DNA from: Prasinococcaceae sp. CCMP 1430
Lineage: Eukaryota; Plantae; Prasinodermophyta
Assembly (NCBI GenBank): GCA_013416795.1
Contig: RQSC01000012.1
Span: forward strand, 62,001-126,000
Direction: 5' to 3'
DNA: 64,000 nt
In this document: one piece after another, positions 21,414-33,449 of the stretch
Numbering within the stretch: position 1 is the first letter of the stretch
How the letters are laid out: each line of letters begins with the position of its first letter
Notes under the pieces: model-generated
Databases searched by the model: none
Seen by the model: the letters and a program-made list of their open reading frames with translations, nothing else
What the model was told of the DNA's origin: nothing
Position numbers and translations under genes: made by a program

Positions 21414-22850
21414 CTACCTCCACAGCCTCTGGACGGGATCGCCGGCGATGCTGTGCCACGCCCGCCCCCAGCGGCCGCGCACGTACTCGTCCAAGGTGAC
21501 CCCGTAGCGCCTCGCACGCGAGCACAGTGCTGCTGCCTGCGCCGCGGCGCGCCGCACCAGGGCCGGCAAGCAGCCCGCAGGCAAAAGGCGGTCAGCAGCC
21601 AGCGGCGCGGGCGCGCTGCAACAGCCTCGGCGCGCGACAGAGAGAGACGCACCTCGGCCTTCGCCCGGCGTTCCTCCATTCGCAGCTCTCGCAGCGCCAC
21701 CGAATCCTCTGTCGAGTCGATGGCAGCACTGAGCTTGTCGATCGACTCGCGCACGCCGGCGAGCCGCTCGGCCTTGGCCCGCACGTCCTCGCGCAGGAGC
21801 CGCACCAGGTCAGCGCCGTTGTGGGAGCCGCGAAATTCCTCCGCGACGCCGTCGCGATCGGCTCGCGCGCTCGCGAGAGAGCCGGCGCTGTCGTTGCCTC
21901 TGGCCTCGAGGGCTTGCACGCGCGCGTGCCTGGTCGCGAACGCCTCCGCCGCGCGCGCAAGATCCTCGTCGAACGCGACGATGCCCTTCGTCGACGGTGT
22001 GTGCGCCAACGCATTCCCAGCAACGAACGCGGCGGCGCCGTCCGAAACGTCGCCCTTGACGCCTGCACCACCACCAGGCGCCCCCGCCGCGGGCGCGCGT
22101 GGGGATGTGGGCTCGAGCCACTCGGACCCGAGCTCCTCTGCCATCCTGCTCCGGCTGAGCTCGAAGTGCAGCGCGTGAGGAGGCGGCACGGTCGTCGAGG
22201 CGGCAGCCGCGCCGCGCCCGCCTCTCCGCTCGCGCGGGCCGGGCACGTACCCGTCCAATACCCAGCGCGGGAGCTCGCCGGGGGCGCGACCGAAGACGTC
22301 CGCCATGAGCCCGTCCCACACGTACGCGGCCATGCGCCCGACGCGCAGGCCCCCCGACGTCGCCGGCGACGCAACCTCGTATGCCACGGCGGCGGCAGTG
22401 AAACCGCCGGCGGTGGCGAGCGGAACGCGCGCGAGCGCGAGCGCGGCGCCCGCGCCACTGGGGCCCGCCCAGCGGCGCACCGACTGATCGACGACAATCC
22501 AGCCTGAGATGAGGCCCTGTGCGCGGGCGCGCGGGCGGCACGCTGAGAGAGTCAGCCAATGACGCGACTGTCGCGTTCCCAGGGCGGCCGTTCGCAGCAG
22601 CGGCGGGCGCGCGCGCCTGTGGCCCGGCGCGGCGCAAAGGCGCGGCGTCGCGGCGCACCCCGAAGGCGCCCGCCCCGCGCAGGAAGAAGTCCGCGCCACT
22701 GTCAGCGGCGACGGGCCTATCCGAGAACCACGCCGCGCGCGCGCCCTCGAGCGCCTCGCCGCCCCTCGCGGCGCACGCGCCGGCCACTGCAGCGGACGCA
22801 GCAGCAACCCCGCCCGCAGCGCGCCGCGCTGCTGGCGACCAGGCGGCCAT
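21414..22850 (-). CDS. Hypothetical protein with C-terminal coiled coil; about 3 exons
   Basis: Long protein-like exon GLISGWIVVDQ...RELRMEERRAKAE, spliced to AAALCSRARRYGVTLDEYVRGRWG...WR*. Confidence 0.55.
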
Positions 22851-23119
22851 CGTCCGTGCGCGGCGTCGGCCGCGCCGAGTCGCTCGAGCGCGCCTTTCGC
22901 GCCGGTCCCTCGACGTGGCACTTTGTGGCGGGTGGGATGGGGGAGGGTGGGGAGGGACGCGGGGCGCCGCGCGCGCGCGCAATGGCACCGGGCGTGAAAG
23001 ACGCACATCCGCTGCGCGCTCCTGGGCGCGTGCGTCTTCAGGTCACCCGCATGCACGCGCCGTGGCCAGCAAGAGGGGCGCTCGTCATGATTGATTACTC
23101 CATGCGGCACGCGCGCATA

Positions 23120-24705
23120 CTACCTGGGCACGGTGGTTGGTATAGCGGCGGCGGCGGTGGCATCTGCGTCCTCCCACGCGGACGTGCACTCGGGCGGCGC
23201 CTGGAAGCCCAGGCACTCGTAGTCCTTCTGTGTGTCAGAACTCGCGACACACGCCCATGCAACTGCGCGCATATGCGCCTGCGCGCCCGTGCGCTTGCGA
23301 TTGCGCGCATGCGCTCGCGAGCACGCAGCGCGGGTGGACGCACCCTGCGTAAGAAGATGCACGCCATCCGCATGATGGCTGGGTCTGCGATGAATTCCCT
23401 AGCGTAGTGCGACCGGAGGTAGGCGGCCACCCTGTGTGCAGCATCGCGCTCCCCCGTCACCGTGTCCACGTACTGACTTGGATTGTTGTCCGCTGGAACG
23501 AAGCGCGGCTTGTGCCCCTCCCCGCCGCACCACGGCCACCACGCTTCGGAGGTGCTGTTTGAGGCATCATTGTGCGCGCGCGTCACGTGCGTGCTCCTGC
23601 GGCGCTGGCGCTCCAGCCAGCCGGTGGCGGCGGGCACAAAGCCGAGCGCACTCCGCGCCGCATTCGAGGTGCCAGGTGGCGCGATGAGCTCGTTCTTGGT
23701 CAGGGAGACCATGTCGTCCCAATCGCTGTCCCATGACTCCAGGTGCACCAGCGCGTCCAGTCTCTGAGCGACAGGGACGAGCTCACCGCTCCTCGAATAG
23801 AAGGGCTGAAGCCATTGCACTTGACGAACGAAGTGCTCGTTTGTCAATGCCACGCCCTCGCGCGTCGCGGGACGCCCCTTCTGATCGCCACCGTCCCATT
23901 GGAACTCTTTCAGAGAGCAATGCGCGTGGTACACGCCGCCAAGACTGTGGCTCTGAATGCGCGTCTTGACGTGCTCGGCGAAGATGGCGTGCAGCTCCTC
24001 GCGCGTGTGGCTGCAGTAGGTCGCAACGGGGTCCTTCCAGCCGCCTTTCGATCCCTTCGGTTGCTTCCGCGAGGCGTCGCCCTGGCCTCTCGATTGCCGG
24101 TGCCCACCCCCGATGCGCAATTTGCTCTTGCGCGTGAGGTAGCCGCGCTCGACGGGCCCATGCTGCTTGTAGCCGTCAATCAAGTGCGCGATGGGATCAC
24201 GCACGACCGCGAAGTGAAAGGAGGTGCTCGTGAGGTTGCTCGTGCGATAAACTTTCGGGTCGTCGCGCTGGATCCGACCGGGTGGGTAGTTCGCGTCGCC
24301 GAACATCATGCGCAAAGAGGACGACGCCGCCTTCGGAATGAGCGGCCCGACCACCACGCCGTGCCCGCGCAGCAGTGTACCCGCCCACGGGCTGTGGCAG
24401 CCCACACCGCTCCGCGGCACCACGCAGGATTGTAGGTGCGCGGCGCGTGCGGCCGTCACCGACACCGGCTTTGGCGCCAGCTCCGCCTCACCTTGCCCGG
24501 AGGCACTGGCCGACAACGCGGTCCTCTGCTTGCGCGCGCCTCGCGCTCCGTTGCCGGCGGCGGACGCGCACGGCGCGAGCGCCAGCATCACGACCGCGCT
24601 GGCGAGCAGCCTCGCCGACGGCCAGGCAGCCCGCGCGCGCCTGCGCCCCCGCCGCTCTCCCCCCTCCCTACCCCCCACCCCGCCGCCACGCCGTGCCGCG
24701 CACAT
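23120..24705 (-). CDS. Type II membrane Golgi-type sulfotransferase-like protein (Sulfotransfer_2/HNK-1ST family); 2 exons
   Basis: N-terminal TM ([12 protein letters not shown]), [10 protein letters not shown] (5'-PSB), FAVVRDP (3'-PB), [17 protein letters not shown] and last-exon KDYECLGF. Confidence 0.7.
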
Positions 24706-25088
24706 TTTCGCGCTGCTCTATGGCATTGCGCGCTCAGCCGGGGCCGCGGCCGCGAGAGGAGGAGGGGGGAGGCGGAGCGCAGCGCGCGCACCGATGCCTC
24801 CCTTGTCCCCCTCGCATTGCCCCTCCCGGCCGGCGTGCGTGGCCGTTTTTTCCTACTTTTTTTTTTTAGCGTGACTGTTCGACTGCTCACACGCGCACAC
24901 GCACGCACACACACACACACACACACGCGCGCGCACATGCACGCACACACACACGCACGCACGCCTACACACACACGCACGTATTCATGCACACACACAC
25001 GCACACACACACGCACGCACGCCTCCACACACACGCACGTATTCATGCACGCACACGAACGTTCCCCTCCGGCCCGGCCGCCTCGCAG

Positions 25089-25552
25089 GACTACCCCGAC
25101 GTCGTCGCTATGCTCGAGAGCGGCGACGACGCGGCCTTCCAGGACTTCCTCAAGAAGGGCGCCGAGTGGCTGGAGATGAAGAGGAACTGGCACTACACCA
25201 AGGTGCGAGACACACGCGCGCGCGAGCACGGACGCGCGCACGCACACGCGCGGGCGCACAAGCACGTGTACATGCATGCATGCACGTACGCTGACCGTGC
25301 CGGCGGCTCATTGGCGCGTACGCGCGCGTACACACGCGTCCACACACACGCACACACACGCGTGCACACACTTCCTCCTCACAGCCTCTCCAGGAGCTCT
25401 CGCAGGAGGCTCAGCGCTGCCGCAACCGCCTCCCCGCCGACCCGGTGGTGATGTACGAGAAGCTCAGGGCGCAGGGGCTGCAGTACGGCCCGGCCTTCCG
25501 CACCATCGAGTGCGCGCACTACAACGAGGCTGCCCTGGGGATGGAGGGCTAG
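25089..25552 (+). CDS. Small protein with a PKS dehydratase-like motif; exons 25089-25202 and 25394-25552, first exon not found
   Basis: [12 protein letters not shown]...WHYTK|ELSQEAQRC...[19 protein letters not shown]...EG*; GC3-rich; TGTAA at 25787. Confidence 0.55.
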
Positions 25553-25690
25553 AGGACGCGTGCGCTCGCCCGCACGCGTGCGTGTGGGTGTGCGCGCGGT
25601 GTGCATACGCACACGCACATGCACACACACGCACGAGTGCACACGCACACACTTGCAAACACACACGTGCATATGCACACATGCATGCAA

Positions 25691-25735
<45 letters not shown>

Positions 25736-25811
25736 TGCCGACCCCACGTGCGCGCCGTGCGTGCACACTCGCACCCAGTCTCACGCTGTAACTCCGCAGC
25801 TCGCCGCGCCT

Positions 25812-26033
25812 TCACTGCACGACGCACTGCCCGCCGCAGCCCGCGTCCGCGCGCGCGTTGAGGCGCCTGAGCTCATCGCGGATCTCCGCGAGGAGCGGCG
25901 CGACGTCCGCGGCGGAGGCCGCCGCCGCAGACGCCTGGGCGCCGTGGGGACGCGAGCGCGTGCGCACGCGGCGTTAGACAGGGCCCCCGCAGACGCGCAC
26001 GCACACGCACGGACTCGCACACATGTGCATACG

Positions 26034-26086
<53 letters not shown>

Positions 26087-26527
26087 ACAGACATGTGCGC
26101 ACAAGCATTCAAACTCGAGCACACACGCACGCACAACCTTGGCGCTGGCAAGCTCGCGCTCGAGCTTGTGCACTCGCGCGGCGGCGTCCTCCACCGCGTC
26201 CGCGCGTCCGCGCGGGTCGATGGCGGCGGTGAGGCGTCTGGGAGTCAACGAGCATGCGCGTGCCTGCCGTCAGCGAATGCGCACGCGGGCCCGCACACGC
26301 ACGCACTCGCACGCACGTACACACACACATACGCGCGCACGCCCGCATGCACACACACACCTCTGCCCCTCTGCGAGCTCCGCGCAGGCCGCCGCGGTGC
26401 TGCAGGCCGCGATGGCCGTGACCGTGTCGGCGCGGACGTGCGAGCCGACCTGCGGCGCGAGCGCGTGGAACGCCTGCACGTTCTCGTACGTGAAGGCGCC
26501 CTCGCGGCGGCCGCTGAACTGCGCCAT
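25812..26527 (-). CDS. ~130-aa coiled-coil protein ending in a CaaX box (CVVQ); exons 26527-26361, 26237-26138, 25934-25812
   Basis: The three exons splice in phase via GT-AG; the C-terminus reads GCGGQCVVQ*. Confidence 0.6.
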
Positions 26528-27070
26528 CGCGCGGGCACGCTCACGCGCGTGTTTGTGTCCGTGTGCGCACGCGCGTGCGCGCGCGCGTGCGTGCGCGCGT
26601 GACCGAGAGAGAGTGCGTGTGCGCGTGCGCGCGGGGGCGTGTGAACGGCGCGTCGCACACGCGAGCGCGCCCTCCTGTGTGTGAAAGCGCGTGCGCGCGC
26701 GCGGCACGCGTGCGTGCGCCCGTGTGGCGCGCCTTTGTGTGTGTACGTGCGCGTGCGTGCGTGTGCGCGCGTGTGCGCGTGCGTGCGCGTGCGCGTGTGT
26801 GTGTACGGCGGTGTGTGTGTGCGCGCGCCCGCTCGCGGGGAACGGCCGCTCGGTCGGGGAACGGCCCGCGACGCCGCCGTCGCGCCGCCGTGTTCCACCA
26901 GGTTTTTGACCCAATTTTTCACTCACAACTTCAGACATTGCGCCCGTACGCGCGCGATTGTAACGGGGTTTAGATAGGTATTTTGGCGCCGGCGCCGGGG
27001 CCGGCCGCGCGCGTTCCCCGAGTGCGCCGCGGCGGGAAGCGCGCGCCGCCCAGCCCCCGGGCGCGCGTTC

Positions 27071-27101
<31 letters not shown>

Positions 27102-27218
27102 GGGGGGGGGGGGAGGGGGGGATGTCGGGGACGACAGGCGTGGAGAAGGTGGCGACGACGCGCTCGGCAGAGTGCCACACGCAGCGAGGGCGGGGCTTCG
27201 GCGTGCGGCGTGTCGGCC

Positions 27219-28267
27219 ATGGCGCCTGCTCGCGGTGCGTTCGCGCCGCCGCCGCCGCCGCCGGCGGGTGTGCGCGCGTGCCACGTCTTCGCCAGGGGGT
27301 GCACGCAGTGCTACCTCGCCCAGGTGCTGCTCGGCGGGTGCGCCACGCTGCCGCTGGTGTACAAGTGGCGCGCGGAGCCGCGGGCGCGGCGGCGGACGGC
27401 CGCGCAGTTCGTGGTGGACTGCTCCAAGCAGGGCCTCGGCAACGTGACCTGCCACTTGGCCAACATGGCGTTCGCGCTGTGGATGGGCGACCCGCGGCCG
27501 GCGGCCGGGGCACAGTGCGCGGACGCATCGTGCGTGTGGTACCTCGTCATGCTCGCCATTGACTGCTCAGTGGGCGTGCTGCTCAGCTTCGTGCTGCTCG
27601 CCGGCTTGCGCGCGGCCGCCGACCGCGTGCGGTGGCTGCCCGCGCTCAGGAGGTACGGCTTCTACGGCGAGCCATTCTCGGTCGCTCGCTTCGCGGCGCA
27701 GCTCCTCGCGTGGGAGTTCATCGTGCTCTTGGGCAAGACGCTGCTGGGCCTGCTCATCTGGCCCACGCGGCAGTACCTGCTCGCGGCGGGCACCTTCCTG
27801 CTAACGCCCGTGCGGTGCGCGCGCGCGATCAATGGCTTCGACGTCGAGCTGTACACCGTGATGCTCTTCATCCCCGTCCTCCTCAACGGCGCGAGCTTCT
27901 GGTGCACCGACGCATTCATCAAGGAGCAGCTGCCTGAGGACGGCGACGAGGCGCGGCAGCTGCGCGCGGAGGAGGGGGGGGCAAAGGTACGAACCCAACG
28001 CGCGAGCGCGAGAATGGACACGCGCGCCGCCGCAGCATGTCCGCGAGCGCGCATAGGTGCTGACGTGTCGAGGCGTTGCCCGTGCAGGTGTTGGGGGGAG
28101 AGCGTGCGGGCCAAAGGGTGAGAGCCGAGGAGTCACCGCCGAGCGAGAGCGGAGCGGCGCACAGGGCGTCCCGAAGCGGCCGCGCCAGCGCGTCGCCCAC
28201 CCCTTCGGAGGTGCGCCCGCCCGCCGCCGACGAGCGCACGCGGCTGCTGGACGCGCCGCACACGTGA
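27219..28267 (+). CDS. STIMATE/TMEM110-family multi-pass membrane protein; 2 exons
   Basis: AQVLLG...LVYKWRAE..RR...FVVDCSKQ, HLANM, CVWYLVMLAIDCSVGV, RYGFYGEP, and LYTVMLFIPVLLN...FWCTDAFIK; TGTAA at 28299. Confidence 0.8.
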
Positions 28268-28720
28268 CACCCAGTGAGAGCGCGCCGTTGCATCGCCCTG
28301 TAACATACCGACAAACATGTGAGAAGACAAACATGCTCTCGCCCGGCCGTTACCCCGCACAGCACGGCCGATAGCCCCTCGCCTTCTGCTTGCCGCGGCC
28401 TGTCCTAAGGCGCAATGCGTTGTCACGCAACGCTGCCCTTCCTCCCCCCACCACCCCTGCTGGCGCGCGTCGCTCTCTCCTCGCTGCTATTGCTGCCGAA
28501 ATCTCGCCCTCACCCGCCCTCACTCTCGCCCTCGCTCCCTTGCTGCTCTCGCCCTCTCTCTGCTCTCCCCGTGCTTGACTGCCGACAGCTGACACGATGC
28601 CGACTGCGATGGTAAGCCAATAGACGTAGCACGCCCCAAATGGCCCGTGAAAGCACCCCAACAGTCTGCCTCCCCCCATCCCCCTGCCAATGCGCACACC
28701 ACACACACACACACACGCAC

Positions 28721-28758
<38 letters not shown>

Positions 28759-28873
28759 GCACACATGCAAAGTCCGAGCAAACGCGCGCCCGATGGGTGC
28801 ACTGCGGGAACACCGACAGCGCCGCTGAGTGTCGCCCGCGCTCTCGTTGCTGCGTTTTGCTGCGCAGCCATCA

Positions 28874-31183
28874 TTATGCACTTGCAGAAGGGCCCGAAGC
28901 GGTATCCTCGGGTTCCTCTTCAGCAGTAGAATCTGCCGGTGCAGAGGGCGGTGTTGCGCCGCCGTCCACAGAGGCAATCTTGCTGCCGACGGGGTCCGTG
29001 CCGGATTCGGCGGACGGCGCGGCAACCGCTTCGGAGGGGGAAACGGTGTCGTGCTGAGCCGCGGTGCTCTCCTCCTCGCCTGTCGGCTGCTGCTGCTGCT
29101 GCGCCGCAGCAGCGGCAGCCTGCGCCTGCGCCTGCGCCTGGGCGTGCGCCTGCTGCAATGCTTGGTGCTGCTGTGCAGCGGCAACCTGCTGGGCCTGCGC
29201 GTGCTGTTGGGCAGCGAGTGCCTGCAGATAGTACTGCTGCTGCGCCTGGGAGGACGGCCCGCCTGCTGCGACCGCGGCCGCCGAGCCTGCACCGCCCGCG
29301 GCGGCGCCATTTGCGCCGTACATGCCGCCGTAGTAGTAGTGGTAAAGATGCGCGTGCTGTTGTTGCAGGGCGGCCGCGGCGGCAGCCGTCGTGGGGTCGC
29401 CAGTAGCCACCGCCGTCGCGGCGTTCGCAGCCTGAGCGGCGGCCGCCGCAGCCACGCTGGTGTAGTCGTAGCCGGCCTGCTGCTGCCCCATCATCCCCGC
29501 CTGTTGTTGGGCGTACGCCTGCATTGCCTGGGCATACTGCTGCGCGACGATCGAGTTGGGATCCATCACGCCGGCGCCCGCAGCAACGCCGCCGCGGTGG
29601 TGATTGGGTGCCCCGCCCGAGTTGCCATTGGCACCGCCGCTGCCGCGCCGCTTGCCCTTGTAGTGCCCTCCTGGGGGCCCTCCAATCACGCCGCCGCCTG
29701 CTGTTGTGGGCGACGCCCCGAACATCATGTAGTACGGCACCGAGGGCGATGTGCCCAGCGGCGATGACCCATCCGCGCCGGCCGCGCCGACGGCGGCGAC
29801 AATCGCCGGGTCGTACTGCGGGCCGTACATTCCCATGTATGCTGCGCCTGCGCCCTGCTGGCCATGCGACGGGCGCGGCGCGTATGGGCAATCCTTCTTC
29901 CAGTGTCCGGGAATGCCGCAGCGATGGCACACGTATCCGCGCGAGGGCTTGCTACCGCGGCGCTCGCCGCTGCTGCCGCCGCTGCCCTGCCTGCCGCCGC
30001 TGCCGTAGAGTCCTCTCGAGGCACTTGGGGTCGCGCGCGCGCTGATGCTGCCGCCGGCCGCCCCAGAGGGGGTCGTGGAAGCGATGACGGGCGAAGTCAG
30101 GGCACGCGAGCTCACTACGCCGCCGGCGCCTCCTCCGTCGAGCCCGCCGTGGCCAGCGCTGAGGGCGTCATCGCTCTCCGGAGGCGAGCCCCTGCCGAGC
30201 CCTAGTGGGAGCATCTCGGGGGGCTGGGCCGGGCCACATATGGGCACTGTTGGCACTGGCAGGCCGCCATTGCGCCCACCGCTTTTGTTGCGGCCGCCCC
30301 TGTCCCTGCCGCCGGTGCCGCGCTCGTCCTGGCGCTTGCCGCTGTGCTTGAATTGGCAGTTGGCATCGCGGCACGTGCCGTAACGCAGCCACTGCTGGCA
30401 CTGCGGCATGCGATCAGGCGCATAGTGGTGCAGGAACGTGCACTGGTCGCCTTTCATGCAGAAGCCGCGGAACCAGTGGCGGCAGACGATCTGCCGAAAC
30501 TTGCTCGCAGGCAAATCGCCGCGCGGGCCGTTGTCACCGTCGGCAGCGGCCGCGCCCTGTGCTCTGGCCCCCGCGCCGTTGGCGGAGGGTGTCGCGGGGG
30601 AAGAAGATGCGCGCCTGCTCCCTGCGGTGCCGCCTTCATCTCCGGGGCCTCGGTTGGGACGCCCGAGCGCCGTCGCGCCCGCGTGTGGCGCGGGCAAAAT
30701 CTTGCCGTCCGTCAGCGCCGCATTCGCCAACGACGCCTGCAGCGCGGCGATTTGCTCGTCGCCGCTGAGGCTGCTGCTCGGCGTGCGCGGCGCCTTGTTC
30801 GGCGTGTCACCAGCGGTGGCGACCGGCGTGGGCGGGCCGGGCGGTGGGCCGGGCGGCGGGCCGGGAATCACCATGCCCTCGTGCATCCCGGGCGAGTCGA
30901 CGCCATTGCTCTGAGGCTTCGACGAGCTTTCACCGGCGACCGGGGAGGCGACCTCGCGCGAGGCATCTGCGCGTGCAGCGCCCGGGTGCTCCGCGGGGGC
31001 GTCGGGCGACATGGGCGACTGGCTCTTTCGCCCCCCGTTTTTGCTCTTGGCCGCCGCCTTGGCAGCAGCAACAGCGAACGAGGACGATTCGGTCTTGGTC
31101 GGCGCGCCGCCGTTCATCGCCCCGGGCGGGACTGTCGGGGGCGTCATCGCAGCCGGCGTTGCGGGAGAGAGCGCGTCGGTCAT
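28874..31183 (-). CDS. CPSF30-like CCCH zinc-finger protein with a CCHC zinc knuckle and long Ala/Gln-rich tail; an upstream exon is probable
   Basis: FRQIVCRHWFRGFCMKGDQCTFLH, RMPQCQQWLRYGTCRDANCQFKH and YVCHRCGIPGHWKKDCP; branch site plus TAG acceptor just upstream near 31212-31250. Confidence 0.8.
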   Translation of the reverse strand: MTDALSPATPAAMTPPTVPPGAMNGGAPTKTESSSFAVAAAKAAAKSKNGGRKSQSPMSPDAPAEHPGAARADASREVASPVAGESSSKPQSNGVDSPGMHEGMVIPGPPPGPPPGPPTPVATAGDTPNKAPRTPSSSLSGDEQIAALQASLANAALTDGKILPAPHAGATALGRPNRGPGDEGGTAGSRRASSSPATPSANGAGARAQGAAAADGDNGPRGDLPASKFRQIVCRHWFRGFCMKGDQCTFLHHYAPDRMPQCQQWLRYGTCRDANCQFKHSGKRQDERGTGGRDRGGRNKSGGRNGGLPVPTVPICGPAQPPEMLPLGLGRGSPPESDDALSAGHGGLDGGGAGGVVSSRALTSPVIASTTPSGAAGGSISARATPSASRGLYGSGGRQGSGGSSGERRGSKPSRGYVCHRCGIPGHWKKDCPYAPRPSHGQQGAGAAYMGMYGPQYDPAIVAAVGAAGADGSSPLGTSPSVPYYMMFGASPTTAGGGVIGGPPGGHYKGKRRGSGGANGNSGGAPNHHRGGVAAGAGVMDPNSIVAQQYAQAMQAYAQQQAGMMGQQQAGYDYTSVAAAAAAQAANAATAVATGDPTTAAAAAALQQQHAHLYHYYYGGMYGANGAAAGGAGSAAAVAAGGPSSQAQQQYYLQALAAQQHAQAQQVAAAQQHQALQQAHAQAQAQAQAAAAAAQQQQQPTGEEESTAAQHDTVSPSEAVAAPSAESGTDPVGSKIASVDGGATPPSAPADSTAEEEPEDTASGPSASA

Positions 31184-32709
31184 GTCGCGCGCCGCGTCTC
31201 CTCGGCTTTCCTACTACTAACAGGAACGAAGTCAGGTAGGTCTTCTCGCTGGAGGGGCCTAAGAAGAAGATAGAGGTATTGTCGATCGGGAGATGTTGCT
31301 TGATTGTCTGTCGTCGGCGAGCGCCTGCTGCCGTCGTGTTGCCGCCACGCAGTATTAGTAAGGCCTTCAAAGTTCGTCTAGCTTCCTCAATCCAATTCTT
31401 CGCACAAGCTGCTTTGAATGCCGCAACGCCGTCCAAGGTGTCGCTGCGCGGCTGTTGGCTGCCACTGGCAGCGGTGTCCTGCGCCGGCGCGTCGCGCGCC
31501 GCCGCAGAAATTGGGCGCGCAGAGAGAGGCCAGTCGGAGAGCGGGACAGTGTAGGAGCGAACAGGCGGCCAGGGGCGGTAGGGCACGCGCGGTGGAGATC
31601 AGTTGTCGCGTGTTCAGGTGGTGGCGGTGGCGGGGAGGTCGCAGTGCGGCGCCGCCTCTGTCAGCACAAGGGTCGGTGCAAGGTGCGCTGGAGATGCGCT
31701 CATACGTCGGCTCGTCTCAACAGCACCGCGATCACTCGCCGACAATGATTGGCCTTCTGAGGAATGAGGCGATGGCGGGCGCCTGGGCGGGGTGCGTCGC
31801 ACGCCGCAGGGACGCACGCGTGGCGGCGTCTCCCCGATGGCGCCCGAGGCGGAACGCACCGAGCGCGTGGGAGGGGGGAGGGGGGTTCCGCCTCCGCGCG
31901 CGCGCTCCCCTCGCGTGCCAACAGCAGCGCGCGGCGAGGGTTGCGTCCGCCAACACCCCCGCGGCAGAAATCTCGCGCGCCGCCGGCGAAAAAGCTCCCG
32001 CCCCGCGCGGCTCGGCGGGTCTCGCCGCGGCCGGGGGAGAAGGCTACTGCCCGCGGCGCCAGGCGGGTTGGAGCAATGCCGACGAGCCTCCTTCTTCCCG
32101 CCCCTCCTCCCCCGCCCCCGCGCGGCGCCTGAGCTCCCTCGGCCCCGGCGCCGCGGCGCCGCGAAACCGATCCCCCGCGCGCGCAAAAAAATCCGCGCGC
32201 AGAAACGCGCGGCGCGGACCTCCCCCTCCTTCCCCCCCCACCCGCCCCCGACAACCACCTCCCCGCCGCTGCCCATCCCCCGCGCGCGCGCCGCGCTCGA
32301 CCACGCACCTCCCTCCCCGAACCCAACCCCCGTCGCCATCGCCATCGCACCCCGCGCGGCGCCGCAGCGCACTCGCCCGCGCGCGCACAGTGACCCCCCG
32401 GAGTCGCACATCGAAACACACCCGGGAGGCGCTCGCAGCGCCGACGGGATTGATTTATCCGCTCCGCGCCGAGGATCAACAGGCGGGGGGCCAAGCCCTT
32501 GCGCTGTCGCTGGGGCGCCCCCACAGCGCGCGCGCGCCGCGCGCCCTGTGCCCTGCGCCCAACGCCGCTCCCGCTCCCGCTCCCGCTCCCGCTCCCGCTC
32601 CCGTTCCCGCCCGCGTCCCCCTCAGCCCCCCTCATCGCCCCCCGCGGCCGAGCGCGCGCGCGCTCGAACCGCGCCCGCGCGCGATCCGCCGCGATCCGCT
32701 CGCGATGGT

Positions 32710-32740
32710 TAGGGTTCACATTAGGGTCAAATCAGGGTTC
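32710..32740. promoter_or_regulatory. Telo-box-like (TAGGGTT) cluster in an AT-rich intergenic island
   Basis: TAGGGTTCACAT-TAGGGTC-AAATCAGGGTTC; the same TAGGGTTCACAT occurs at 1734-1745. Confidence 0.5.
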
Positions 32741-32800
32741 GTATTGAACCGCAACCAACATCTCTTCGATCTCCACCCAAAACAGACTCGGCGCGCACCC

Positions 32801-33331
32801 TCAATCAACGCAACGCCGCGGGGAATTCGCGCGCGCGCGCGCGAACTCGGGTGTTTCCGTGGGCGCGGCGCGCGCGGATGCGCGCGCGCGCGCGGGCAGA
32901 CGCGGAGGTTGCTGGGTCTTTTTCGGGGTGGTGCGGCGGGCTGGCTGCAACGATGCGCTCGATTGACCGCGCGCGCCCCTGGGGGGCGCTCGCACGGCCC
33001 CGCGCGACGCCGCCGCAGCAGCAGCAGCAGCAGGAGGAGGACCCCGGCGCAGACGCCCGCCCCCGCGCCGACTCCTACTCCGCCGTCGCCGCCGCCGCCT
33101 CGCCCGCGCCGGCGCACTCCCTCTCCTCCCTCCCTCCCTCCCTTCCTCGCCTGCGCGCGAGAGGGAGACAGAGGGAGGGAGACAGAGGGAGGGAGGGAGA
33201 GAGGGCGGCGCGGCGCGGCGCAGGGCGATGCAGCCCGCACACCGCGGTGCTGCAGCAGAGGGGCGACACGAGCACACACACACACGTGCTGTATACACAT
33301 TCACACACATACACACACACGTACACACACA

Positions 33332-33384
<53 letters not shown>

Positions 33385-33407
33385 TACACACACACGTGTT
33401 GTACACA

Positions 33408-33449
<42 letters not shown>

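Noticed and set aside
30930-31586. 218-aa ORF with a faint ankyrin-like stretch
   Set aside because: Low-GC3 codon use, and it ends in a branch site plus acceptor for the CCCH gene; best read as a 5' intron.
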